DNA of 64,000 bases, taken from the NCBI GenBank assembly GCA_013265495.1, contig MU058065.1, positions 1,710,364 to 1,774,363 on the forward strand, read 5' to 3'. Below are positions 12,210 through 24,178 of this stretch, piece after piece; the stretch's first letter is position 1, and each line of letters begins with the position of its first letter. The notes beneath the pieces were generated by a model. It was not told the DNA's origin, did not search any database, and saw nothing but the letters and a program-made list of their open reading frames with translations. Position numbers and translations under genes: made by a program. The DNA is from Vicugna vicugna. Lineage: Eukaryota.

Positions 12210-12984
12210 GTTAGACGAAAATTATCAAGTGAGCAGCAATTGAGTCAAAAGATGCATTGAATTGTAATATTAAGCTGAATTGGGGGGAGAAAAATCTTAC
12301 TCAGAAATCAACTAAAGTCATTCTGTAATATGACTTAGACAAAATAAGATGCAGGCTAAAATTAAACTGAGATTAGTAGGTATCAGATTCCATTGATAAA
12401 GCATAATTTTCAATGAAAATTGAAATTAAACTTGACTTCTCTAAGATGGACCCAAATACATATGATCAGCTCTTTTGTAAAATATAAAACCTCTAGTTTT
12501 GTGGTAAATGTGGAAGGGATGCTTAAAACTTTGTGGTCTGGTAACAGCATTTCTTTAATGCATCAGAAAATTTATTAACAAATAGACTTGAACAGAAGGT
12601 CTCACTAGATTCTGCAGAAATCCTTCTGGTGTGCAAAACATGTTTCTTTTTTAATTCATAAAAAGAAGCTTTCGACCAAGAATTACTTAGCAACAATTCA
12701 GGGAAAGTAACTAGAACTCTCTTCATCAAGGAAATAAAATATTTCATATGCCATTTTTTCATCATAATATTAGATTGATTAAAAAGATACCGAAAGCAAA
12801 TTTTGGAGTGCATTTCAAGGAAATTTGGTTGTACATTAATTTAGTGTACATTGCAAATAAACAGTAAATGCAGCTGCATATTTATATTAACTATTTCAAA
12901 TAATGTTTTTAAGAATCTTTAAAAGACATTGTTGAAAACATTCGATAATATTATGCACTTGCTCTAGAGAGTATATAATACGAA

Positions 12985-13820
12985 TTCAGTTGAACATTTG
13001 TTAAAACACTAGTATATGTGAAGCATTGAGACTAAGATAAATAAGGCATAATTCCAGCTCTCAAAGAGTTTAGAGTCTTGAGAAAGACACACTTCCTTCC
13101 AGGAGAGGAGTAGCCAGTCTAAGACGCAGTAACTATAAATCCAGGCATCATGTGTGGCCACAATTAAAAGGGGAAGAATTTTTTTTAATGTGAAAGTGGT
13201 TAGAATGGAGACGATGGGACATGAATAAAAGCTCTCCAGACTTTTGCATGGGTCTTGACATTTGATAGGACCTGAAGGTGTCAAATGAGAGAATAAGGTT
13301 CTTCTAGGAGAAGCAACATCACAGGCAAAGTGTGGAAATTATGAAGTATTCTAAGAATGGCGTGGTACAGTATGGTGTAGCCAAAGTGCAAAGTCAATGA
13401 ATGGCAGGAGGCTGAAAGAGGAGAGAACTGACAAAGGCTGGTGCCTGGTTACAGAGCTCCTTCAATGCTATGCTCAAGAATTTGGACAGCAGTTCATAGA
13501 CACTAGACTCCTCCAGTGGTTTAGAGCAGCAGAGAGCTCATGACCAGATTTATGTTTTAGAAAGAAAGATTACTGGAGAGCAACACATAGGATCCATTGG
13601 ACCAGTTGGCGAGGGAAAACAGAGTAACTTGAAGACCACCCCAGGGCTCTGAGAGTGAAGAAACAGGGGTTTGATCTAAGCCAGTGACTGTGGGAATGGA
13701 AAGAACTAGACAGATCTGAATACTTTTCATAGATTTAAATTAGCAATTTTGAAGGACTAATTAGGTGATGGAAAGAGAAGAATCCAAGAAGATACCACCA
13801 TCCTTTCCAGGATGGATGCA
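12985..13820 (-). mobile_element. L2 fragment
   Basis: Starts with the reverse-complement L2 tail (aacatttgttaaaacactagtatatgtg...ccagctctcaaagagtttagagtc), then a purine-rich body. Confidence 0.55.
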
Positions 13821-13957
13821 ACTCTCAATCATAAAGAAACACAGAAATCCCACTATGAAAAAATAAAATTGGCAGTGCAACAGTTTTGAAGCCAGGTTTC
13901 AGGGATGAGCCACAAACTTAATCATGCACAATCTCATTTCCATTTGGGGAATTGCAG

Positions 13958-14080
13958 AATATCCTCGTGGAGCAGCTGTACATGTGTGTGGAGTTCCTTT
14001 GGAAATCTGAGCGATATGAACTCATCGCTGATGTCAACAAACCCATCATTGCTGTCTTTGAGAAGCAGAGAGACTTCAAA
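13958..14080 (+). CDS. DOCK10: DOCK10 coding exon (NILVEQLYMCVEFLWKSERYELIADVNKPIIAVFEKQRDFK)
   Basis: ttgcag| acceptor and AAA|gtatgt donor; 123 nt. Confidence 0.96.
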
Positions 14081-14188
14081 GTATGTGTTCTAAACCTAGA
14101 AGTTGGTTCACATGTCATTTAAAAGTAATAACTCCCTATTTTTTTAAGCCAGCATCATCTTCATGAAACCCTTTGTTTCTGGTTTCAG

Positions 14189-14302
14189 AAATTATCGGAT
14201 CTCTACTACGACATTCATCGGTCGTACCTAAAGGTCGCAGAGGTGGTGAATTCGGAAAAGCGGCTTTTTGGCCGCTTCTATCGTGTGGCATTTTATGGAC
14301 AG
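14189..14302 (+). CDS. DOCK10: DOCK10 coding exon (KLSDLYYDIHRSYLKVAEVVNSEKRLFGRFYRVAFYGQ)
   Basis: ggtttcag| acceptor and CAG|gtaagt donor; 114 nt; RVAFYG DHR2 motif. Confidence 0.96.
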
Positions 14303-16062
14303 GTAAGTTTCTTACGAGCAGCATGGCCTCTAAGTTCTGTTGAGCATTTGATTGCTGTCTTTCATTCTCTACAAGACACATCTAACTACTTGTGCCAAAG
14401 GATTAAGGGAGTTGGGTGAGGGCAGGTGTGTACCTGGGTATATTTGAGTGTTTCTCCGGGTGTAAGGGTCTATATGTTTGGCCAGAGGAATGTACTAAAT
14501 TGGAAAAAAAAAAAGAGCGGAGAACTCCATAGGTCTTAATACAGATTGAGTTAAAACAATGATTTCAAACTTCTTGGAGAAAGAAAGCACTATTTTTCAT
14601 CACCTTCCTTCTCCCACTTCATCTCAGAATATTTTATTATAGCTTTGCCTCATACTGGAAAGTAAAATTTAATTGAAAATTTTTTAAGAAGCAAAATCTA
14701 TAACATGCCAGGAAACAAAGAATTCCTAGGGGCTCCAGCATGTCAAAGCCATGAACCTTTGACTTTAAAATCATGCATTTTCTTTTCTCTAACTTTCAAC
14801 CCATCACTGTGTCTCAGCAGAGCGTGATACAGTTTTGTTGCCCACACCGCAGGTCAATATAATTTTTAAGTTATCTTCCTCAACTTACTGCACAAACAAC
14901 GAACAAGACTGAAAATAATAGCTCGCCATCACATTGGCCTGAAAGTAAAGTGAACTTCAATTGCGTATTAATTATGAGTGTCTCCGAGCAGTGCTTTAAG
15001 GGGAATAAACCCAGGCATCGTCCTGTTTCTTTCCAGGAAGGCTTGTAACACTAGTATATTTCAGCAGCCATATTTCAGACTATGATTTTATGGAGAAACA
15101 TTCCATTCCTTTATTTGCACAATTGGAATGACTCTCAGCCTTCTCAGTTCCTTTTTTTCCTCCGTTCTTGTAAAAGCACGGTTTCGCAAAGCTTCTTGTT
15201 CTCTTCAGAATCTTTTAAGGCTGCAAGAGAAGGTGTCAAATCCGTTCTAGATCATTCTACATCATTTCCCATTGATGTCTTTTGGAAAATGTATATTGTC
15301 CTCTAATCACCAAAGGCAGCTTAAAAACTAACTTCTGAATTAATAAAAATAGCTGCTCTCTACCTGGAAAGGAAAGTGCCACTAGGCAGCCACTTACGAT
15401 AAATGAATTAGTCCAATGCAGATTTCCTCCACTGCGCAGGAGCGTCAGGACCATGGAAACAGAGAAAGCTAGTGGTGTGAGGGATAGAGATGTGGGGGAT
15501 GGTCTGTAGAAAGAAGCTAAATTTAGACATTTGGGGTTCTCTGGAGAAGAGTCTGAACTGTCTAGGTGACAGTGTATATCGGGGAGAGAGGAATGCGGGG
15601 CTCTACAGGAGAAGGAAAAGGAGATGATACCTTGCAAGTCCGTGATAAACAGAAGATAAGCAATTCTTGACCTTCCTGAAACATTAGCAAGAAAAAATGG
15701 CAGAAAACCTTTTAAGGAAGGGAAGGTGGGAGTTGAGGGATCGTAAGGGAAGAACAAGGGTTTCTGGGGACTGACCACAAGCTAGCTGAGGAGTACAGAG
15801 GTGGCACAGAAGATGTGTGTTCAGCAAACCTAGATTTGAGTCTACGACCCTGCAGGCGATCTTTGCAATGAAAAAGTAATAAACTACCGTTAGTCGTCCG
15901 GTCACGGAAAACAGACTGCCTACCTGAGGGTTTCTCCAACCCACATCTAAGATGCTGCTTACTAAACAGATGGAAAAGAAACAAACCAAAATCATGCTTC
16001 TTTCCGACTAGATGTTAATGCAGATGTTTGCTCTTTTCTTCTTTTGGTCTCGATTGTTGCAG

Positions 16063-16068
16063 GCTGTG
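16063..16068 (+). CDS. DOCK10: Candidate 6-nt alternative microexon GCTGTG (Ala-Val)
   Basis: Long AG-free pyrimidine tract ending ttgcag|GCTGTG|gtaagt; phase 0-0; TGCATG at 16095 and 16375. Confidence 0.8.
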
Positions 16069-17145
16069 GTAAGTTCCCCCCCTCTCTCTCCACGTGCATG
16101 CTCTAATAAGCCTCACACTCCCCTCCGTTTGGTTTTACTGAACCTTAACTGTTTTGTGCAAATGAACATTTGGTACAAAGGTGAGATAATCCTGCTTCCA
16201 TTCATTTTGGAGTCATCCTGCACTTCTGGAACTAAATTATGTTTATTCCAGTTATCAGAATTACAAAAATGTATCCTTTATTTTTCACATAGAGTATCTT
16301 TCTGCACAAAGGTAGGTGTAGTCAGAAAACCTACACACACACACACACGCATACACACAGATATGTATGGAAACTGCATGTTTGAATACATTGGTAGTAG
16401 ACTCAGTATTGGAGTTTGCCTGCTCATTTCAGGCCACCAGAGTTGCAGCTGATTAAGAAGAGCACGGTGGGCAGAATCTCAGAAGTTGCAGCGGTGGCCA
16501 TTGGTGGGGATCTTCCCAGGGTCCCGAAAGGACCCAACCCTTTTCCAAAGGAGCATTATGAGAAACAGGGCTCTCTTTGGTGGTGAGCTCTCAGCATTCT
16601 CAGAGGTGATGGCACTAATTCCCAACACAAATGATGAGCAGTGAACTAGACCTTTACCGGGAAAGTCAGGTTAAGTCTCCTGAGATGCAGAGAGAAGCAA
16701 CGTAAGAAATCTGGAGGACAAGCCGAGGGGAGGTGACACCCCAGTACCTAAAGTTCTGCAACACAGAATTTTCTTTGTGTTATTTTGACCCATATGAAAC
16801 AGCCCATATTCAACCATTTTTTACTTACAAAGATGGCAAATTCATGTGTTTCAACATAATTATTGCTAAGTAAGCTGGAAAGACAAATTCTTTTGGTACC
16901 CACACACTGTCCACGGTCAGCTCTCTTCTCTGACGAGAACATACTTTTTTGTAATTCTTTAAATCCCTTTCCCAACCCATGCCATATCGGTATTTTTCTA
17001 CCTTCATTTGTGAATTTGGTGTCACGAGTCTTTAACTCACCTACTAAAAGAATCCCTGAAAACCCCTGTACTAAACAGACTAGGGGGCTACGGGGAAGGA
17101 CTGGGAAAGCCACTTTCAAATGACCTAACTTTGTTCTTTTTGCAG

Positions 17146-17153
17146 ACTCCTCA
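17146..17153 (+). other. DOCK10: Candidate 8-nt frameshifting microexon ACTCCTCA
   Basis: cctaac branch motif, tttgttctttttgcag acceptor, 8 nt, then gtaagt donor. Confidence 0.55.
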
Positions 17154-20100
17154 GTAAGTGTGCTGATCGCGCACCTGGCTTTTTGTTTTTAATTCTGCTA
17201 GTATTCTAGTTGTCTTTTATTTCAAAGTCCAACCTGAGCTTAAAAGGCAAGATGTTTTGTTAAATCTGCAGACCCGAGTACATGCCTAAGCATGGACTCT
17301 GCCAACTCCACCCCCAGCTGCCTTTGAACAAGGAAAGCTAATGGAGGTCTCTCTGATAACCAGGGATTTAGAGCCTCAGTCGCCATCGTTCAGTGATATT
17401 CAAATACCTGTCCCACGACACCAAATGGAGAGTGTGATCGATTGGAGTCAGCAGGAGCAGACAGGGCACATCACTTCGTACTTGATGATAAAGAAATACC
17501 GGACAGACTTGAACATTCCCCCGAACGTGTACAGAATGAATGTTCTAAAGATCTAAGATAAAATCTTGAATTTCATTAGCATAATCCCCATGGTCAGAAA
17601 TCATTTCTTTTTCATGATGGTACCGTATGTCCCTGTAAAATTCACCTTTTAGTATCCAATTTGATGTCTTGCAGTCATGTTACAAAGATTACAGCAATAT
17701 AATAGACAATTGGCTTTTTACTTCCGCAAAGGCCTTTGGGTAAATATTTTCACATCCCCTGCAGAATAATGCTTTCATTTTACAATATTGGCTAGAGTAG
17801 TTAATATTATGTCTGCAATGAGCCAGACACTAGAAAACAAGTTAGAAACTGTTCTTTTGTGGCAAGAACTTTAAAAATGCAAGTCTTGCATAGCATGAAT
17901 TTTCTAATGCAACACCTGGCATCATTGACTACGGAAATTTTCCACAGAGCAGCCTATATGGAACATCCCCAAAGTGTCCCTGAAGTATTCATTTCCAGAG
18001 TAATGAAACGCCAGAAGTGATCAAACATCAACTGTAATCAATGAAATCCTGAGGCTCTGGTATTTAGCATGAAAGCAAGCAAGCGAATGCTCATTGCATA
18101 ACTTAAAACATCAGATGGCCCTGGAATGAAATGAGGGAAAGGCCTGGGGGAATTTTACTCTATTCATCAAAGGACGCAGATTCCATGATTCTCAATCATG
18201 CCTACGTGGGTGTAGATGCATCGCAGAATTTTGATAGAAGAGGGATTGGGGCGGGGGGAGGGTGCATGTGTACTGTCTGCAACCATCGTCTCCACATTAG
18301 GATGTGATACATCCTTCTGACTCCCCTCCTATATAAAGGTCACTGATATGTGTATATGTATAATATTTATCAGATTGGCTTCATATTTATATGGAGCCAT
18401 TTCTCTGCATCCTTGAAGGTTTCCTTCGTGTTTAACATTTAGCTTATTAGGATTTTATGACCCATCTTTTATATGGTAGATTCCTCTTTGAACCCATTCC
18501 TCTGTGAACTTTGAATCAGTGGAATGTAACGGTGGGGATGTGTATATTTGACACCCCAATAATGATCCAGGGATATTGCAAGATTCTGAAGTACCTGCAG
18601 AAACGTCTAAGAAGGAGTTAGTGATTTTAGTTGTCAGTTTATTGAAGTACATTTTAAAACAGAGTGTTGCCTTGAAGTTTCATACATCAGGTGTGTTAAC
18701 TCTACCGACGCAAAGTCCTTGTTTAACTAGGCTGCATGCTGGTTCCTGACCACGGCAGATCAGGGTGTTTCACCTTGTAAAATGACATTTTGAAAAATCA
18801 AACTAGCTAGGGAAATGCAGAGGTCACATTTCTGTTGCCTTGAAATGTAGTCTCCTCATCATCTTGGGGCTAAGACCAAAGAGAAGCTGCCCCTGGGTTT
18901 TCATTACCTGGTGTCCCTAAGCATAAGTCACCTAGTTCATGGCCTGAGCATTAAACTTCCTTAAGATAGTGCCCTGTGCCTCGCTGGGCTTCGCTTTGAT
19001 AGTTTCTCTGGGTGAAAGGTAAGCTCGCATTCCAGTCATTGTCAGACATGCCATTTCTCTGGCTCCAAAAGCTCTTACACAATTGCTGGCAGGTAGCAGA
19101 TTAGATACTACATCCTGCTGCTCCAGCACCCTTCTGTAAGGCCGTCTCAGTAAGTTTATAGCTCCATGTTCTGAAATCAATTAACTAATTCTCAATTCAG
19201 AAATTTGTTAGGGGAAAACATTCACAGCGACTGATAACTTAATTAATTAATTAATTAATTCTAGTCTTTCTGAACAATCACTTACCAAAATATCAGTAGA
19301 ACTGTTACAATAAGGAAAAGTGTAGTTTACAAGCAAGAGAAAGCCTGGAGGTTTGTATTTTTAAGCACCCAAAACTCCGTTAAGCTGTTTCCCTGCATAT
19401 TAGCCAAAACTCAAATTGCTTCACTGACGCAGAGTTTTTTTCTGTATTATTGTCATCATCATCCTCCTCATCACAGATAACAACACTCACCAGTGGCCTG
19501 TGGTGTCCCTGTCCTTAGGGGCCCCTGAGTCTGAATGTGTACTGTGTCCCGTCCTCCAGACCAAGGAGTGAGGATGAAAGAAAGTCACAGGTCATGACCA
19601 AGACCACAAAGGTCATGGTGATGACGATAAAATACTGCTTTTACCACTCCTTTTTGCTAACTCTCGATTCGGAAATTTGTTAGGGGAAAAAAATTCACAA
19701 CGATAATGTCTCTTTGTGCTGGTTTTCACACCACGGTGAGAAAATCTTTTCCTGGAACTTAGAGCCATTTTTCTCATTGAAATGGAAGTTGTGGGTGTGG
19801 CTTCAGTTATTGCCCTGCGGGGATTCTGGTTGCTGGCCTCAGAAGTCTTATTTCTCTGATGTGTCAGTCTGTCAATTTTAGCCACTAACTTCTGACCTTG
19901 AATTAGACAAAACTCCACGAAGACAGCAACAGAGAAAAACCTAGCAGGCCGGAAGTCATGTGGGAATGGGGCCAGACCTCACTACCCCTACAGAGTCTCG
20001 AGGGATGACAAGGAGAGGGTTTTCATGCTGTCAACACCAGACTGTCACTGTTTTAGCAATTTGGGGTCAAGCTACTCAGAATCAGCTGTGTGGGTCTTGA

Positions 20101-21501
20101 ACATTTTTCAAAGAAATCGTTCAATAAAAACATCTTTATTAAAAGCAATGAAATCTTTTCCAATTATACTTGGTGCAAATATATCCTTTTATGATGTAAA
20201 CCCTCTAAGAACTATTTCATTCATCTGTTTATGCATTTAACTAATGCACAGTGATGTTCCTCTGAAGACCAGACACTGTGCTAAACACTGGGCATGTGAT
20301 GTTGAACAAGACACTCTTCCTGCCTTTAAAAAGCTCAGAGTCAGTGAGGGAAACACAAGGAAACAGGCAATTACGTGCTTAACAAGAATCGTGCTGGTGA
20401 ATGTGGCCTGCCCCTTGTCTTGAGTTACAGCCCACTGATGACAGAAAGTACACTGTGCATGGTGGTCAGACTCACATGGATGGAAGTGCTCTACGAGTAT
20501 AAAGCACCACACAGAGGTGACTTGTAATTATTATTTTTAGATTGCCTCCCAGTAGCCATGGGAAGAAAAATGAAAAACAGCATTGGAACATTTAACCCAT
20601 TTTTTACATATATTGAATATTTTTAAATAGTCAAAAATGATCAAACAAACAAAAAGTACGGCTAAGATTCTTCGTGACCTCCAGTATCTTCACGCAGCCC
20701 TCCAGAGCCATTTCCTGGAGGTAAACTCTGCAGTCAGAAGAAGTCAGAAGCTCTTGGATTCTTAACTCCAGACCTACTATATTCTGAGTATTCTGAAGCT
20801 ATGTGTATTCCAGAGGAAAAATGCCTGTGTCTCTTCAATGAGAAGGAATTATAAAGCTAGCTTCATTATCCTCAGTGGAATCTTCCCTTCCCTCTGTTTC
20901 AAACCAGATAAATACATTAATGGAGGTGGAAACCTACTTGTTCCTATGCCATAAAAATGAAGACATGATTACTTTAATTTTCAATCCTATGAGGTCTAGT
21001 TTTACAAGAATGTAAATAGTCTATTAGGGAAATAAGCTGAGTGATGAAATTGCATATAGCCGAGTTACATCAGGCCCCTGATGACATATTCAGTGTAAAA
21101 TTTTCTAAAATATCAGTACTTGGAGCACAGCACATGTCATTTTTGTTATGGCTTTTCATCTAAGATGATGTGGGACGCGTATCAACCCACGTAGGTACTG
21201 TTACGCACCCTGTAGTGTTTCCTACACTAGTTTCAAAGACTTTAAGAAGACTTTAATAAAACGATACTGCTCTTTGAAAAATAACAAGAGTACTCCAGAC
21301 TTTGTGTTCTGCACTAAAACACCACATGAGGGCATTCTTCCCCTAAAATATATGCAAGCAGGTCTCACCAGTGATTAGCTTTCATCAAGAAAAACGTGTA
21401 AGATGCCGCATGAGGTTCTTTGGCCTGGAGAGGGAGTATTTACATGAATGACTGATTCTGACATGATATTTTGTTTCCTTCACTTGATTTTTCTCTGACA
21501 G

Positions 21502-21602
21502 GGTGCTAATCCGTGGCTTGGAAGGCAGTGAAGGCTGGATATGATATTTAAGTAAATGGTTTTTGTTTTGCCTGTGATTTGCAGTTGGAGGTCTCTAATA
21601 AA
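21502..21602 (+). other. DOCK10: Candidate alternative terminal or poison exon (GANPWLGRQ*) with AATAAA
   Basis: tttttctctgacag| acceptor; in-frame TGA 21529-21531; possible donor gtaaat at 21552; AATAAA 21597-21602. Confidence 0.45.
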
Positions 21603-21632
21603 AATTGGTGGTTCACTGTATGTCTTCCATAG

Positions 21633-21779
21633 GGTTTTTTTGAAGAAGAAGAAGGCAAAGAGTATATTTATAAAGAGCCCAAGCTGACAGGTCTCTCTGA
21701 GATTTCCCAAAGACTGCTCAAACTCTACGCCGATAAATTTGGAGCAGACAATGTGAAGATAATCCAAGACTCCAATAAG
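21633..21779 (+). CDS. DOCK10: DOCK10 coding exon ([28 protein letters not shown]...IIQDSNK)
   Basis: cttccatag| acceptor and AAG|gtaggg donor; 147 nt; EYIYKEP DHR2 motif. Confidence 0.97.
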
Positions 21780-23967
21780 GTAGGGGAAAATCAACATTCG
21801 TGCAAGTACAAAGAAATGGCTTTTAAACTGCGTTTGTTGAAATTTTAAATCTCTGCCCAACTATGCAGAGTAAACTACCTAGACTCTTTTGGGTGTTTTG
21901 GTAGTTTGTTTATTGGTTGATTGGTGGTTTCTCGGGAGGTGGGAGGAGTGTCAAAAACCCTACACACGTTTGAGTAATGTTTAGGTAATCCTGGAAACAA
22001 CTTACTATAGCCACTACCTCTTGCGTAGGCTGTTTTCATTTGAGTAGCGACCACAAGGTTAAAGTGATTGGACCTAATGGTGGACTTGGAGGAAAAAGCA
22101 AAAAAAAATACTTATTGAGTCATGGAGGTCTTCCTGGGTCATACCAATTTTGAAATCTATCCTCTGTGATAGGACCAGACTTGCCCATCAGATTGTATTA
22201 ACCTGCAGACAACCAATTAACCTACTCCTGGCTCCAGAAAGCAAATACTGACATCCTCTGACGAGATTACTCAGAATCTCCCCGTACACTTTCATTCGTT
22301 ACACCAGCCTCTCTTAAGCACCTACTGTATTCCAGGCCCAGACCTAGGACCTGGAGAACAGTCTCTTCGCTCCAGAGCTCACAGTTCACAGGAGGCTAAG
22401 AAGAGAAGGATGTGTGCAAACAGCTGGTTAAGTAGAACACAGTGAAGTGAAGCACAGGAGACACGGTCCACGTCTCCGAGTCGTGCAGACAGAGCTCAGG
22501 ACCAGGGGCTCCTTGCACACCTCATTCTTGGTTGGACAGTGCTTACAGAGGAGGGGGTGGTGATGTCTGAGCTGCAAATTGTAGGGTAGAAGGTGTTTTC
22601 TGGAAGCAAAGCTCATTCTGAGAAGCTAGCACATGCAGGGATGGGAGGAATGAAAGGGAAAAATGTGTTTGGAGGACAACAGGTCTTTGAAACACAAGTT
22701 GGGTAGAAAAATATGGCGGAAGGTGGAGCTAGAAAAGCTGGCTTGTGCTCAATTGTATGGGCCTCTACTGGCCCACGAAAGAGATCTTTTTCCCCTGGTC
22801 CTCTTGTACAAAGCTAGTATGGGGAGGGGTCCGAGCATGAGATTAGCTCACTGTGTCTGGGCAGAAGTTGTTACAAGTGTATTCACCATTCTTAACTTGA
22901 AAGGTACCACCCCGTTCCCCATAAAGATGGACAGAATTAGAACCGCTGTCACGGTGGCATGCCTCCATGCAAAGTAGAGGCAGAGCTCCCAGTGGTGCGA
23001 GAATGCCCGCTTCGGTGTGAGAACAACTGGAGTCTTCATTCCATCGAGCTGCCGCTTCCCAGCTGGTGATCCATCTTGGAGAAACTGGGCAGTCATGCTG
23101 AGTCTCCAGTTTTTAATCTGTAAAGTGGTTACAGTTATATCCAGCCTATAGTGCAACTACTAGTAGCGTTGCAGGTAGATTCCTGAGCGTCCCGAAGTCT
23201 CTGGAATTAGATAAGCTGCGGGAGGGTAGACGGATGGAGGAAACTGGAAAGTCTGGAAGTCTTCAGGGAGTCATTAGGAAAGAGTCTGAGGGTCAGCTCC
23301 TCCACCTTGAAGGGGAGCAAAAGCCGTTCTCTGGCTTTTTTGGTGGGGAGGAGGGTTAGGGGACAGCCTGTCTTTCTTGCTATTTGTCAAGCCTATTTAC
23401 CAAAGCAGTTAGTTTAAAAAAAGAATAATACAGAATGATTGATTGCAGATTAGAGAAGGAATTTGAGAAATTGAAAATAAACATATCTGCAGTCATATGA
23501 TAGGTAATCGGTTCGCCTGAGAAGCAGACCAGGATCCTTCCTTCCACACATTACAAGCCCACAGCCGACGGCCCCCATCTAGGGACATGGCTGAATCGTA
23601 GGGGGATAAAGAGATACTTCCCACTCTCAAGAACCCTGTATTCTAGGCACAGGTGAAGACATCCATTACAGAAAAGAAAGAAAATAAAAGCTTAAAGAAT
23701 ATGACATGGCCAAGTTCTTATGTTTCAAAGAGCCCCGGATACTCAGCAAGCAGGCGCCAGCGCTGCCTCTGCCACCATCTGGCTACGTGACCACAGTCCA
23801 GCCAGTCACTCTGTCTCTGGTTGCAGTTCACCCAGCTCTGACACGAGCTGGCTGCTTTCCTCCAAGGGGAGAGGGACAGCTCAGGACGCCAGGCTGAGGG
23901 AACGCAGAGCCTCCCACTTTTCTTTCAGGCTCACCCCGCTTTCTTTGCCCATCATGTGTTAAAACAG

Positions 23968-24178
23968 GTAAACCCCAAGGATTTGGACCCCAAATACGCC
24001 TACATCCAGGTGACCTATGTCACGCCATTCTTTGAGGAAAAGGAAATGGAGGACCGGAAGACAGATTTTGAAATGCACCACAACATCAACCGCTTTGTCT
24101 TTGAGACGCCCTTCACGCTGTCGGGCAAGAAGCACGGGGGCGTGGAGGAGCAGTGCAAGCGGAGGACGGTCCTGACAA
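23968..24178 (+). CDS. DOCK10: DOCK10 coding exon ([22 protein letters not shown]...[10 protein letters not shown])
   Basis: aaacag| acceptor and A|gtaggt donor; 211 nt; YIQVTYV.P and F.FETPFT motifs. Confidence 0.97.

Noticed and set aside
19003..19018. Possible 16-nt exon (gatag|TTTCTCTGGGTGAAAG|gtaagc) that would restore frame with the 8-nt microexon
   Set aside because: The combined 24 nt contains an in-frame TGA and the acceptor is mediocre; not supportable.
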